Source of the DNA: Gemmatimonadales bacterium
GTDB taxonomy: Bacteria > Gemmatimonadota > Gemmatimonadetes > Gemmatimonadales > JACORV01
Direction of reading: 5' to 3'
NCBI GenBank assembly: GCA_035502185.1
Contig: DATJUT010000031.1
Span: forward strand, 87,276-151,275
DNA length: 64,000 bases
The translations under genes were made by a program, and so were the position numbers. Under the pieces are notes generated by a model. That model was not told the origin of the DNA and ran no database searches. It saw nothing but the letters and a program-made list of their open reading frames with translations. The stretch's first letter is position 1; every line of letters begins with the position of its first letter. Of the stretch, positions 1-9,856 are shown piece by piece.

Positions 1-16
1 GACCGCTCGCGTTCAC

Positions 17-1405
17 GTGGCCCGGTGGAGTGGGCTCCCCGGGGTGATGGCGGCCACCGTGCTCCTGGCGGCCGCCCCGGGAAGCCCGCTGGCCGCCCAG
101 GCGCTGCACGTGCCGTACACCTCCTTCACGCTCGCCAACGGCCTGAAGGTGATCGTGCACGAGGACCACTCCGTGCCGATCGTGACCGTCAACACCTGGT
201 ATCACGTCGGATCGTCGGACGAGCGCGCGGGTCGCACGGGATTCGCCCATCTGTTCGAGCACCTGATGTTCATGGGGTCCGAGCACGTCCCCACGGGGCA
301 GTTCGACCGGCTGCTCGAGGCCGCCGGAGGCGACAACAACGGCTCGACCACCGAGGACCGCACCAACTACTTCGAGGACGGGCCCGCCAACGCGCTGGCG
401 CTGATGCTGTACCTCGACTCGGACCGGATGGGGTTCCTGTTGCCCGAGATCACGCCGCCCAAGGTGGACCTGCAGCGGGGCGTGGTGCAGAACGAGCGAC
501 GCCAGAGCTACGAAAACCAGCCGTACGGTCTCGCCCAGGAGAACATCCTCAAGCGGCTCTATCCGGCCGACCACCCGTACAGCTGGCCGGTGATCGGCTC
601 GATGGCCGATCTCAACGCCGCGAGCATCGAGGACGTGCGGCAGTTCTCGAGGACCTACTACACACCGAGCAACGCGACGATGGTCGTCGCGGGCGACGTG
701 ACGGTACCCGAAGTGCGCACCCTGGTGCGACGGTGGTTCGGCGGCCTCGCGCGCGGCCCGGCCGTCAAGCGCACGCCGCCGCCGGCCGTCGCCCTGCCGG
801 CCGACGTCTACGCCACGCTCGAGGACCGCGTGCAGCTGCCCCGACTCTACGACGCATGGCACACGGTGAAGGCGTTCGCGCCCGACGACGCCGCGCTCGA
901 CGTGCTCGCGGACGTCCTCGGCGGCGGCAAGGCGTCGCGGCTCTACCGGCGGCTCGTCTACGAGCTGCAGATCGCGACCCAGGTCGCAGCCTTCCAGGAC
1001 GGCGGCCGGATCGACGGCAGGTTCGAGATCTTCGCCACCGCGCGCCCCGGCCACCGCCTCGACGAGCTGGCCTCGGTGATCGACCGGGAAATACGCGTCC
1101 TCGCCGATTCGGGCCCCACGGCGCGCGAGGTCGAGCGGGCGCAAAACGGCAACGAGGCCTATTTCCTCGACCGCTTGGAACGGGTGGGCTCGTTCGGCGG
1201 CAAGGCCGACCAGCTCAACTACTACGACTACTTCGTGGGAACCCCCGACTACTTCGAGCGCGATCTGGATCGCTACCGCCGCGTCACGCCGGCCGAGGTC
1301 CAGCGCCTGGCGCGGGACTACCTCCTGCGCCCACACCGCGTCGTGCTGAGCGTCGTGCCGGCCGGCCACACCGACCTTGCGGCGACCGAAGGAGCCTCCC
1401 GATGA
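17..1405 (+). CDS. M16 family zinc peptidase (insulinase-like), catalytic-type, secreted
   Basis: 462-aa ORF with GTG start. Signal-like N-terminus AATVLLAAAPGSPLAAQA. Inverted zinc motif HLFEHLMFMGS (HxxEH). Stop overlaps the next start (ATGA at 1402-1405). Confidence 0.85.
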   Translation: MARWSGLPGVMAATVLLAAAPGSPLAAQALHVPYTSFTLANGLKVIVHEDHSVPIVTVNTWYHVGSSDERAGRTGFAHLFEHLMFMGSEHVPTGQFDRLLEAAGGDNNGSTTEDRTNYFEDGPANALALMLYLDSDRMGFLLPEITPPKVDLQRGVVQNERRQSYENQPYGLAQENILKRLYPADHPYSWPVIGSMADLNAASIEDVRQFSRTYYTPSNATMVVAGDVTVPEVRTLVRRWFGGLARGPAVKRTPPPAVALPADVYATLEDRVQLPRLYDAWHTVKAFAPDDAALDVLADVLGGGKASRLYRRLVYELQIATQVAAFQDGGRIDGRFEIFATARPGHRLDELASVIDREIRVLADSGPTAREVERAQNGNEAYFLDRLERVGSFGGKADQLNYYDYFVGTPDYFERDLDRYRRVTPAEVQRLARDYLLRPHRVVLSVVPAGHTDLAATEGASR

Positions 1406-2850
1406 CCGCCCCGGGCCCTCGTCCGCTCGCGCTGGTGGCCCTGCTGGCCGCCCTCCCTGCCGCCACACTCGCCGCGCAGCAGCCGGATCGCTCCCATCCG
1501 CCCACGCTGCCTCCACCGCCGGCCCTCCGCGTGCCGGCCATCCAGACGGCCACGCTCCCCAACGGGCTCCAGATCGCCGTCGTGGAGATGCACAAGGTCC
1601 CGGTCGTGGACGTCACGCTGCTGGTGGACGCCGGGACGGTACGCGATCCCGACGATCTTCCCGGCCTCGCGACCTTCACGGCCCTCATGCTCCAGCAGGG
1701 CGCGGGGGCCCGCACCGCCCTCGACATCGCCGACGAGGCGGCCTACCTCGGCGCGTCCCTCAACACCAGCGCCAGTTACGACGGCGCGGTGGCATCGGTT
1801 CACGTTCCCAAGCGGCGACTCGGCCTGGCCCTGGACCTCCTGGCGGACGTGATGCTGCGCCCGACCTTCCCGGATTCGGAGATCGCACGCCAGCGGGACC
1901 TGCGGCGCGCTCAGTTGCTCCAGCAGCAGGACCAGCCGGTGGCAATGGCCAACGTCGCATTTGCCGCGATCGTTTTCGGTTTCGCGCACCCGTACGGGCG
2001 CCCGACCAACGGCACGGAGGCCTCGACCGCCGCCCTGAGCCGCGACCGCGTGATGGACTTCTATCGCTCGTACTACCGGCCCAACGGCGCGCGCCTGCTG
2101 GTCGTGGGCGACGTCACGCTGGAGGAGGCCCGGCGGCTCGTCGCCACGCGGTGGGGGGACTGGGCCCGCGTCGATGCGCCCTCCGTCGCCCAGGCGCCGC
2201 CTCCGGCTGCCGCCGAGCGCACCATCTACCTGGTCGACAAGCCCGGCGCCGCCCAGTCCGTCTTCCGCATCGGCCAGGTCGGGGTGAGCCGCGCCACGCC
2301 GGACTACTTCGCCCTCCAGGTCCTGAACACCATCCTCGGTGGCTCGTTCACGTCGCGCCTCAACCAGAACCTGCGCGAAACCCACGGCTACACCTACGGC
2401 GCCAGCTCCCAGTTCGCGATGCGGCTCCAGGCCGGTCCGTTCGTGGCCGCGTCGTCCGTCGTCACGGCGAAGACCGACAGCGCGCTCATCGAGTTCCTCC
2501 GCGAGCTGCGACGCATTCGCGACGACTCGGTGCCGCAGGCGGAGCTCGACAAGGCCAAGGCGTACATCACCCTCGGCCTCCCCGGCGAATTCGAGACCAC
2601 CCGGGGCGCCGCGCGGCAGTTCGCCGAGCTGCTGGTCTACGGCCTGCCGCTCGACTACTTCGCCGCCTACATCCCGCGGATCGACGCCGTGACCGCGGCC
2701 GAGGTGCAGGGGGTCGCGCGGCGCTACCTCGACCCCGACCACCTCGCGATCGTCGTGGTCGGAGACCGCAGCCAGATCGAGCCGGGACTGGCGGCACTGC
2801 ACGAGGGACCGGTCGTCGGCCGCGACATGTGGGGCCGGAGCCCCAAGTGA
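1402..2850 (+). CDS. M16 family peptidase, non-catalytic-type partner subunit
   Basis: The in-frame ATG at 1402 gives MTAPGPRPLALVALLAALPAATLAAQ (signal peptide). Overall M16 architecture, but TALMLQQGAG sits where HxxEH would be. Translationally coupled to the upstream M16 gene. Confidence 0.8.
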   Translation: MTAPGPRPLALVALLAALPAATLAAQQPDRSHPPTLPPPPALRVPAIQTATLPNGLQIAVVEMHKVPVVDVTLLVDAGTVRDPDDLPGLATFTALMLQQGAGARTALDIADEAAYLGASLNTSASYDGAVASVHVPKRRLGLALDLLADVMLRPTFPDSEIARQRDLRRAQLLQQQDQPVAMANVAFAAIVFGFAHPYGRPTNGTEASTAALSRDRVMDFYRSYYRPNGARLLVVGDVTLEEARRLVATRWGDWARVDAPSVAQAPPPAAAERTIYLVDKPGAAQSVFRIGQVGVSRATPDYFALQVLNTILGGSFTSRLNQNLRETHGYTYGASSQFAMRLQAGPFVAASSVVTAKTDSALIEFLRELRRIRDDSVPQAELDKAKAYITLGLPGEFETTRGAARQFAELLVYGLPLDYFAAYIPRIDAVTAAEVQGVARRYLDPDHLAIVVVGDRSQIEPGLAALHEGPVVGRDMWGRSPK

Positions 2851-3404
2851 GTGACGAGGTGCAAGACCGGACCGCGACGCGGCGGATCTACTCGGGCCGC
2901 GTCGTGAATCTCGACGTCGACACCGTGCGCTACCCCAACGGCACGAGCGGCGAGCTGGAGATGATCCGCCACCCCGGCGCGGCGGCCGTGATCCCCGTGC
3001 TCTCCTCGGGCGACGATCCCCAGCTCCTGCTGATCAGGCAGTACCGCTACGCGGCCGGCGGCCCGATCTGGGAGATCCCCGCCGGCCGGCTCGAGCCCGG
3101 CGAATCACCCGAGGGCTGCGCACGCCGCGAGCTCCTCGAGGAGGCCGGGGCCACCGCCGCGCGGTGGCAGCGGCTCACGACGGTCTACACGACGCCGGGC
3201 TTCACCGACGAGCGGATTCACCTCTTCGCCGCCTTCGACCTGGTCGTGAAGCCCGAAGACCAGCGGCCCGAGCCGGATGAGTTCCTCGAGCTCAAGCCGG
3301 TGCCCACCAGCGAGGCGCTCGCCATGATCAGGGACGGAGAGCTGGTGGACGCCAAGACCGCCGTGGCTGTTCTCTTTTTCGCAGGTTTCCGGCTGGGACT
3401 GTAG
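2847..3404 (+). CDS. NUDIX hydrolase (ADP-ribose pyrophosphatase-like)
   Basis: GTG at 2847 overlaps the upstream TGA (GTGA). Nudix box GRLEPGESPEGCARRELLEEAG. N-terminal RIYSGRVVNLDVDTVRYPNG is typical of NudF-type enzymes. Confidence 0.8.
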   Translation: MSDEVQDRTATRRIYSGRVVNLDVDTVRYPNGTSGELEMIRHPGAAAVIPVLSSGDDPQLLLIRQYRYAAGGPIWEIPAGRLEPGESPEGCARRELLEEAGATAARWQRLTTVYTTPGFTDERIHLFAAFDLVVKPEDQRPEPDEFLELKPVPTSEALAMIRDGELVDAKTAVAVLFFAGFRLGL

Positions 3405-3572
3405 CCTCCAGGGGACACCGGGCAGTATTTCGCGGATCCCGCTCGGAAGGCCGCAACGAAGGACAAGTTTCTCAGCGGCAACGCCTTGGCCGCCATGCCA
3501 CTTGGGCAGGGACGACGGGTACGCTTTCTGCTCTTGGGGAGTACGAGATTCCCCATTCAGAGCGGGTGGCAC

Positions 3573-4208
3573 ATGACCCTGGCGATGAAGGACGCACTCC
3601 AAAGTCCCCATCGGACCCTGGGCGCCCCGTTTACGGCCCTCGACGACGGCCAAGTGGTGCAGGCGTTTCTCGAAGGCAACGATCGCGCCTTCGACGAGCT
3701 GGTGTCCCGGTACCAGGTGCGGCTGTTGAACTTCATCTATCGCACCGTGGGCGACCGGGAGCGTGCGGAGGATCTGGTTCAGGAGGTGTTCATCCGGATC
3801 TACCGCCACCTTCACCGTTTCGACCAGACGAAGAAGTTCTCGACCTGGGCGTACACGATCGCGTCCAACCTCGCAAAGAACGAACTGCGCAATCGCAGCC
3901 GGAATCCGCTGGTGCTGTTCCAGACCATCAAGCGCCACTGGGAGGCCGACCACCGGCCGCTGCAGTTCGAGGATTCGAGCTCGCGGCCCGACGACCTGTT
4001 CCGCAAGCGCCACCTGCGCGAGCTGGTGGAACAGTCGGTGTCGCAGCTCCCCGAACACCACCGGGTGGTGTTCGTCCTGCGCGAGCTGGAAGGCAAGACC
4101 TACGAGGAGATCGCCGAGATCACGGGCTGCAATCTTGGCACGGTGAAGAGCCGGCTGAACCGCGCCCGGAACAATTTCGCCGCCATCATTCAGCCCCACC
4201 TCGACTGA
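3573..4208 (+). CDS. ECF-type RNA polymerase sigma factor
   Basis: Region 2 (DLVQEVFIRIYRHLHRF, FSTWAYTIASN) and region 4 (VVFVLRELEGKTYEEIAEITGCNLGTVKSRLNRAR). Start taken at ATG 3573. The ORF opens at 3486, so the start is uncertain. Confidence 0.85.
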   Translation: MTLAMKDALQSPHRTLGAPFTALDDGQVVQAFLEGNDRAFDELVSRYQVRLLNFIYRTVGDRERAEDLVQEVFIRIYRHLHRFDQTKKFSTWAYTIASNLAKNELRNRSRNPLVLFQTIKRHWEADHRPLQFEDSSSRPDDLFRKRHLRELVEQSVSQLPEHHRVVFVLRELEGKTYEEIAEITGCNLGTVKSRLNRARNNFAAIIQPHLD

Positions 4209-4276
4209 CCCGTCCGGGGCGCCGCGGAACCGGCGGCGCCCCGCGCGGTAAGACTAGGGTCCTTGCCTGGATCCGC

Positions 4277-4837
4277 ATGAACTGTTGCGAGTTCCGAGAA
4301 CAATACTCTGATTTCGCCGATGGGCTGCTGCCGCCGAGCAGCCGGGCGGAGGCCGATGCGCACTTGGCGCTCTGCCCCGCCTGCCGGCGCTTCGACGCCG
4401 CTTTGCGCGCCGGTGTCACCCTGCTGCGCGGGCTTCCGTCGGTGGGCGTCTCGCGAGGGTTCGGCCCGCGCCTGCGGCGGCGGCTGCGCGGCGAGCTCGC
4501 GGTGCGGATGCCGGGGATGGTCGGCTGGTCCGGAGCGGTCGGCGCCCTGTTGATCGTGGCCGCGGCCGGCTTCATCGGATGGGACTGGCTCGAGACGCGC
4601 GCTGCCCACCGCGGGGCGGGTGCGCAGCAGGCCTCCGGTTCGCCGGGGTGGGTCGCCGCAGCGAATTCCGCGAGCCATCCCGGCGCCGGCGATCCGGGCC
4701 TGCCGCCGGATCTCCCGCGGATCCAGATCGAGACCTTCCACCCGCTGAATTCCATCCTCGTGATCGAGCAGGCCCCGCCGGCGCCCGGCCAGGACCGAGT
4801 GCGGTTCGATGTGCCCGCCGTGTGGGGCGGGCCGTAA
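4277..4837 (+). CDS. Anti-sigma factor, zf-HC2 type, single-pass membrane protein
   Basis: ATG at 4277. N-terminal CEFREQYSDFADGLL...HLALCPAC (H-x3-C-x2-C). One TM segment, WSGAVGALLIVAAAGFIGW. Lies directly downstream of the ECF sigma gene. Confidence 0.75.
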   Translation: MNCCEFREQYSDFADGLLPPSSRAEADAHLALCPACRRFDAALRAGVTLLRGLPSVGVSRGFGPRLRRRLRGELAVRMPGMVGWSGAVGALLIVAAAGFIGWDWLETRAAHRGAGAQQASGSPGWVAAANSASHPGAGDPGLPPDLPRIQIETFHPLNSILVIEQAPPAPGQDRVRFDVPAVWGGP

Positions 4838-4885
4838 GCCCCACCAGCCTTTTGCGGTATACCGTTTCGGGCTAAGTTGCGCCCG

Positions 4886-5950
4886 ATGCCGGGCCGGTCG
4901 TTCGATGCGTTGCAGCGCTCCCTCGCCAGGGGCGAAGTCCAGCCTGTCTACTACTTCTATGGCGACGAAGAGCTCCTGAAGGACGAGGCCGTGCGCCGGA
5001 TCACGGAGCTCGCCGTCGAGGACGCGACCCGCGAGTTCAATCTGGATCGGCGGCGCGCCCCCGAGCTGTCGGCGGATCAGTTCCGCTCGCTCGTCGAGAC
5101 TCCGCCGATGCTCGCGCCGCGGCGCTGCGTCGTGCTCAGCGAGGTGGAGTGCCTGCAGCAGAAGCGAACGAAGCAGCAGTCCCTGCGCACTGCCGTCGCC
5201 GCGTACGTGGGTCGCCCGTTGCCCGAGACGGTGCTCGTCCTGCTTCAATCGGCGGGCACGAAGCCCGACCCCGGACTCGAGCGGGCGAGCGGCGCGGTGG
5301 AGTTCGAGCTGCTGGAGCCGGCGCGCGTGCTCAAGTGGATCCTTCATCATGCGAAGCAGGGCGGCGTAGCGATCGAGGACGACGCGGCGCGCCACCTGCA
5401 GGAGGCGGTCGGCGACGATCTGGCGCAACTCGCGGCCGAGGTGGCGAAACTGGCCGGGGCCGCCCAGGGCCGGCCGGTGACGGTCGCGGACGTCACCGCG
5501 CTCGTGGGGGTGCGGCACGGCGAGACGGTGGGCGACTTCGTCGACGCCGTCACGACTCGACGCTTTCCGGAGGCCGCCGCGATGGTCCCGCGCCTGTTGG
5601 CGAGCCCGGGGACGTCGGGCGTGCGCCTGGTCTCCTCGCTCGCCACGGCGTTCGTGGGACTCGCACTCGCCCGCGCCCATCTCGAGGCCGGGGACTCGGG
5701 CGCCGCCGCCAAGGACCGGGTGTTCCGAGCCATCCAGGCGGCTCGGCCGTTCGGCCTCAGGAACTGGACCGAGGAAGCTGCCGGCTGGGTCCGGGACGCG
5801 TCCCGCTGGTCCACGCAGGAGTTGGACGCTGGGCTGGCCGCGCTGCTCAAGGCCGACGCGCGGCTCAAGAGTACCACGGTATCGGACGAGGAGGGCGTCG
5901 TCACCGAGGTCGTGTTGTCGCTCGGGGTCGGAGCGGGGGCGGCGGCATGA
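4886..5950 (+). CDS. holA: DNA polymerase III delta subunit
   Basis: N-terminus LARGEVQPVYYFYGDEELLKDEAV is typical of HolA, and the length of about 355 aa fits. Alternative TTG start at 4877. Confidence 0.75.
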   Translation: MPGRSFDALQRSLARGEVQPVYYFYGDEELLKDEAVRRITELAVEDATREFNLDRRRAPELSADQFRSLVETPPMLAPRRCVVLSEVECLQQKRTKQQSLRTAVAAYVGRPLPETVLVLLQSAGTKPDPGLERASGAVEFELLEPARVLKWILHHAKQGGVAIEDDAARHLQEAVGDDLAQLAAEVAKLAGAAQGRPVTVADVTALVGVRHGETVGDFVDAVTTRRFPEAAAMVPRLLASPGTSGVRLVSSLATAFVGLALARAHLEAGDSGAAAKDRVFRAIQAARPFGLRNWTEEAAGWVRDASRWSTQELDAGLAALLKADARLKSTTVSDEEGVVTEVVLSLGVGAGAAA

Positions 5951-6864
5951 GCGCGGGTATGCGCCGCCTGGCGAGAGGCCGAACCATCGTGGTGGCGACG
6001 GTGGTGGCTGCCTTGTGCGTCGCCGCGTCGACCCGAGCCTCGATGGCGCAGGACAATCCGGCCCTCCGCACCGCCGTCCAGCTGGCCGCGGAAGGGCGCG
6101 GCGACTCGGCTCGGCGCATCGTCGCCGCGGAGCTGGCGAAGGCCAAGCCCGGTGATGCCGCCTACGTGGAGGCCCTGTACTGGCGCGGGCGCCTCGCAGT
6201 GTCCGGCGACAGCGCCGAGCGAGACCTGCGGCGCGTGGCCATCGAGTACTCCACCTCGCCCTGGGCTGATCAAGCCCTGCTCCAGCTCGCGCAGCTGGCG
6301 TTGGCGGCCGGCAACAGCCCGGCCGCGCTCCAGCTGGCGGAGCGCCTGCGCAGCGACTATCCGACCAGCGCGCTGCGCGGCCGCGCCGCATTGTGGGCGG
6401 GCCGGGCCGCCTTCGAGGTCGGCAATCCGGCGGCCGCCTGCGCGTTGCTCGATTCCGCGCGCACCGAGGAAGCGGCGGACGTGGAATTCCTCAACCAGGT
6501 CGCCTTCTACCACGGCCGCTGTGCAGGGGTGGCGGCCGCGCCGCCCGCCGACACGACCGGCGCGGCACCGCCAGCCGCCGCAACAGACACAGCCCGTGGA
6601 GCGGTGCGGCCGGAATCCACCTCCGCGGGCCGGCCCGTCCCGCGTTTCGAGGTGCAGGTGACGGCCACCAGGTCGAGTCGCACGGCCCAGGCCCTGCTGA
6701 ACCGGCTCACCGGAGCCGGCCAGCCCGGCCGCCTCGTGAAGGGCTCGGACGGACTGCTCCGGGTCAGAGTCGGTCCCTTCGCGACCGAGGCCGAGGCCGC
6801 TGCAGCCGCCGCCCGGCTCAAGCGCACGGTCGGCGGACACCCCTTCGTCGTGCCGGCCACGTGA
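5947..6864 (+). CDS. TPR-like / SPOR domain protein (peptidoglycan-binding, division-associated)
   Basis: ATG at 5947 overlaps the holA stop (ATGA). Signal or anchor segment TIVVATVVAALCVAAS. Helical repeat region. C-terminal SPOR-like FEVQVTATRSSRTAQALLNRL...LLRVRVGPFATEAEAAAAAARLK. Confidence 0.65.
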   Translation: MSAGMRRLARGRTIVVATVVAALCVAASTRASMAQDNPALRTAVQLAAEGRGDSARRIVAAELAKAKPGDAAYVEALYWRGRLAVSGDSAERDLRRVAIEYSTSPWADQALLQLAQLALAAGNSPAALQLAERLRSDYPTSALRGRAALWAGRAAFEVGNPAAACALLDSARTEEAADVEFLNQVAFYHGRCAGVAAAPPADTTGAAPPAAATDTARGAVRPESTSAGRPVPRFEVQVTATRSSRTAQALLNRLTGAGQPGRLVKGSDGLLRVRVGPFATEAEAAAAAARLKRTVGGHPFVVPAT

Positions 6865-9440
6865 CGCTGCCCGGCATCGATGTCTCGACGCCGCTCATGC
6901 AGCAGTACCGCGAGATCAAGGGGCGGCACCGCGATGCCATTCTCCTGTTCCGGATGGGCGACTTCTACGAGATGTTCGAGGACGACGCGGAGGTGGCCGC
7001 GCGCACGCTCGGCCTCACGCTCACGTCGCGCAACAACGGCGGCGCCTCCGAAGTGCCGCTGGCCGGCGTGCCCGTCAAGGCGGCGTCCGTGTACATCAAG
7101 CGCCTCGTGGAGCGGGGATTCCGCGTGGCCATCTGCGAGCAGGTCGAGGATCCCAAGCTCGCCAAGGGGATCGTGCGCCGCGAGGTGATCGAGGTCGTGA
7201 CACCGGGCGCGGTGATGTCGGACGACCTGCTCGAGGAGCGGCGCAACACGTTCCTCGTCGCGCTGGCGAGCGACGGCACCCGGACGGGCCTCGCGGCGGC
7301 CGACCTGTCGACCGGCGAGTTCGTCCTGGAGAGCGGCCCGGCCCCGGCGCTCGAGGCGGCGCTGCAGCGCTACAACCCGTCGGAGGTCATCGTCCCCGAG
7401 GGCGCCGCGGCGCTCGCCCCGCCCGGCGTGCTCGTCACGCGGCGGGAGCGCTGGGAGTTCGACCCCGCCCTCGCCGGCGAGGATCTCGCCCGCCGCTTCG
7501 AGCTCGCGTCGCTGGACGGCCTCGGGCTCGGACCCGAGGACACGCTGGCCGTGGGAGCGGCGGGCGCCCTGCTGCGTTACCTGACCGAGCTCCAGCCGGG
7601 CGGTGTGCCGCAGCTGTGCCGACCGGTGGCCCGGCGGACCGAGGGGCAGCTCCACGTCGACGCGATGACGCGCCGCAACCTCGAGCTCGTCGAGCCGCTG
7701 CGGCCCGGCGGCGAGGACGCCACCCTCCTCGCCGTGGTGGATCGCACCATGACGCCGATGGGCGCGCGGCTGCTCCGGGCCTGGCTCCTCGCCCCGCTCA
7801 CCGACCCGGCGGCCATCGCGACGCGCCTCAATGCCGTCGCGGCCCTGGTCGCGGACGAGCCGCGGCGCGCGTCGATCCGCGAGGCGCTGGATGGCGTCCG
7901 CGACCTCGAGCGCCTGGGCGCCAGGGCGGCGGCCCGACGCGCTACGCCGCGCGACCTCGGCGCGCTGCGCACGTCGCTCGAGCGCCTGCCCCCCCTCGCC
8001 GCCGCAATCGCCGACCTGTACGACCTGGGCGCGGGGTTCGACCTGCTGCCGGACCTGGCCGCCGGACTGGCGGCCGCGCTGGTGGACCGGCCGCCAGCCG
8101 CGCTCGGCGACGGCGATGTCATCCGCCCGGGCCACACGCCGGCGCTGGACGAACTCCGCGCGCTGCGGGACGGCGGACGGGCGTACATCGCCGCCCTCCA
8201 GGCGCGGGAGCGTTCGCGCACCGGGATCGGCTCGCTCAAGGTCGGCTACAACAAGGTCTTCGGCTACTACATCGAGGTGACCCGCGCGAACCGGGACGCC
8301 GTGCCCGCCGACTACGAGCGCCGTCAGACGCTGAGCGGCGCGGAACGCTACGTGACGCCCGAGCTCAAGGCCTACGAGGCGAAGGTCCTTGGCGCCGAGG
8401 AGGAGATCGCGGCGCTCGAGGAGCACGTATTCGTCCAACTGCGTGACGTGGCCGGCCGCGCGATCCGGCGGATCCAGGACACGGCGGCGCGGGTGGCGGC
8501 CGCGGACGTGCTGGCGTCTCTGGCCGAGGTCGCCGCCCGCAGCGGCTACACGCGGCCCGAGGTCGTCGACGGCTTCGCGCTCGATATCGAGGCGGGCCGG
8601 CACCCGGTCGTGGAGCGGGTGATGCCGCGCGAGGCGTTCATTCCCAACGACCTCCACCTCGACGCCGAGCGCCAGATCATGATCGTCACGGGCCCCAACA
8701 TGGCGGGCAAGAGCACCGTGCTGCGCCAGGCCGCCCTGCTGGTGATCCTGGCGCAGGCCGGCTCGTTCGTGCCCGCGCGCTCGGCGCGCATCGGCGTGGT
8801 GGACCGCCTGTTTACGCGGGTGGGGGCGAGCGACGACCTGGCTCGCGGCCAGAGCACGTTCCTCGTGGAGATGAGCGAGACGGCGTCCATCCTCCACAAT
8901 GCGACCCGCAGGAGCCTCGTCCTGCTCGACGAGATCGGTCGCGGCACCTCCACCTACGACGGGGTGGCGATCGCCTGGGCGGTCGCCGAGCATCTGCACG
9001 AGCGGATCGGCTGCAAGGCGGTGTTCGCGACGCACTACCACGAGCTCACCCAGCTCGCGGAGCGATACCCGCGCATCGTCAACTTCAACGTCGCGGTGCA
9101 CGAGTCCGGCGATGACGTGATCTTCCTCCACCGGCTCCGCCCCGGCGGAGCGGACCGCTCCTATGGAATCCACGTCGGCCGCCTCGCCGGGCTGCCGGCA
9201 GAGGTGCTCGACCGCGCCCGCGCGGTTCTCCGCTCGCTCGAAGCGGGACACCGCGTGGCGTCGACGCCGTCGCCCGCCGACCAGCTGGCGCTGTTCGCGC
9301 CGGCCGAGAACCCCGTGCTGGCCGAGTTGCGGGCGCTCGACCTCGACGGCCTTACGCCGCGCGAAGCGCTCGCGCGGCTCGCGGACCTGCAGCGCCGGGC
9401 GCACGGTGGCACGGCCACCGCGCCGGGCAAGGAGACGTGA
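6861..9440 (+). CDS. mutS: DNA mismatch repair protein MutS
   Basis: GTG at 6861 overlaps the upstream stop. TPLMQQYREIKGRHRDAILLFRMGDFYEMFEDDA mismatch-binding motif. Walker A GPNMAGKST. STFLVEMSE and DEIGRGTSTYDG motifs. Confidence 0.95.
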   Translation: MTLPGIDVSTPLMQQYREIKGRHRDAILLFRMGDFYEMFEDDAEVAARTLGLTLTSRNNGGASEVPLAGVPVKAASVYIKRLVERGFRVAICEQVEDPKLAKGIVRREVIEVVTPGAVMSDDLLEERRNTFLVALASDGTRTGLAAADLSTGEFVLESGPAPALEAALQRYNPSEVIVPEGAAALAPPGVLVTRRERWEFDPALAGEDLARRFELASLDGLGLGPEDTLAVGAAGALLRYLTELQPGGVPQLCRPVARRTEGQLHVDAMTRRNLELVEPLRPGGEDATLLAVVDRTMTPMGARLLRAWLLAPLTDPAAIATRLNAVAALVADEPRRASIREALDGVRDLERLGARAAARRATPRDLGALRTSLERLPPLAAAIADLYDLGAGFDLLPDLAAGLAAALVDRPPAALGDGDVIRPGHTPALDELRALRDGGRAYIAALQARERSRTGIGSLKVGYNKVFGYYIEVTRANRDAVPADYERRQTLSGAERYVTPELKAYEAKVLGAEEEIAALEEHVFVQLRDVAGRAIRRIQDTAARVAAADVLASLAEVAARSGYTRPEVVDGFALDIEAGRHPVVERVMPREAFIPNDLHLDAERQIMIVTGPNMAGKSTVLRQAALLVILAQAGSFVPARSARIGVVDRLFTRVGASDDLARGQSTFLVEMSETASILHNATRRSLVLLDEIGRGTSTYDGVAIAWAVAEHLHERIGCKAVFATHYHELTQLAERYPRIVNFNVAVHESGDDVIFLHRLRPGGADRSYGIHVGRLAGLPAEVLDRARAVLRSLEAGHRVASTPSPADQLALFAPAENPVLAELRALDLDGLTPREALARLADLQRRAHGGTATAPGKET

Positions 9441-9856
9441 TGAGCCGGAGCTCGGTGGCGGTGTCGTGGCGCGTCGTGGCCGGCGCGTGGCTGGCAGCCG
9501 CGGCGGCCTGTCGCGGTCGCGAGCCGGCGCAGGCCGCCGCCACCGTGGAGAACGACGTGCCGGTCGCCGTCAACAGCGACTCGCCGTTCCAGTATCCGCC
9601 GGACCTCTACGACGACGGCGTGGACGGCGACGTCCGGCTCCGCCTCTACGTCGACTCGGCGGGCCGCGTGCGGCCGGAGTCCACGCGCGTCGCCGCATCG
9701 TCCGGGACGCCGGGCCTCGACTCCGCGGCGCTGCGCGGCGCCGCCCTGCTCCAATTCGCCCCGGCCCATCGCAACGGCCAGCCGGTGGGTATGGCGTTCT
9801 ACCAGCCGGTGATCTTCCGTCACGGCACGGAGCCGGCGACGCGGGCGCCACAATGA
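9437..9856 (+). CDS. TonB C-terminal domain protein (small, lipoprotein-like signal)
   Basis: GTG-ATG at 9437/9440, preceded by AAGGAG. Signal AGAWLAAAAAC. FQYPPDLYDDGVDGDVRLRLYVDSAGRV...GTPGLDSAALRGAALLQFAPAHRNGQPV resembles the TonB_C fold. Confidence 0.6.
   Translation: MMSRSSVAVSWRVVAGAWLAAAAACRGREPAQAAATVENDVPVAVNSDSPFQYPPDLYDDGVDGDVRLRLYVDSAGRVRPESTRVAASSGTPGLDSAALRGAALLQFAPAHRNGQPVGMAFYQPVIFRHGTEPATRAPQ

Noticed and set aside
3486-3572. Longer N-terminus for the ECF sigma factor (ORF opens at 3486).
   Set aside because: The extra 29 residues (MAAMPLGQGRRVRFLLLGSTRFPIQSGWH) precede the conserved region 2 by an unusual distance, so ATG 3573 is preferred. This is not decisive.
3405-3572. 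Possible autoregulated ECF promoter (GGAAC-like -35, CGTC-like -10) upstream of the sigma gene.
   Set aside because: I could not find a convincing -35/-10 pair with correct spacing. Only a GCAACG direct repeat 27 nt apart is present, which may be chance.
6507-9404. 965-aa ORF antisense to mutS. Similar very long ORFs occur at 13605-16070 (-), 29567-32782 (-), 38040-40679 (-), 4190-6391 (-), 44701-46416 (+) and 49090-51543 (+).
   Set aside because: These are typical shadow ORFs of a ~70% GC genome. Their translations are Arg/Gly/Pro/Ala-rich low-complexity strings with no recognisable motifs. Each lies opposite or out of frame to a gene with clear family signatures.
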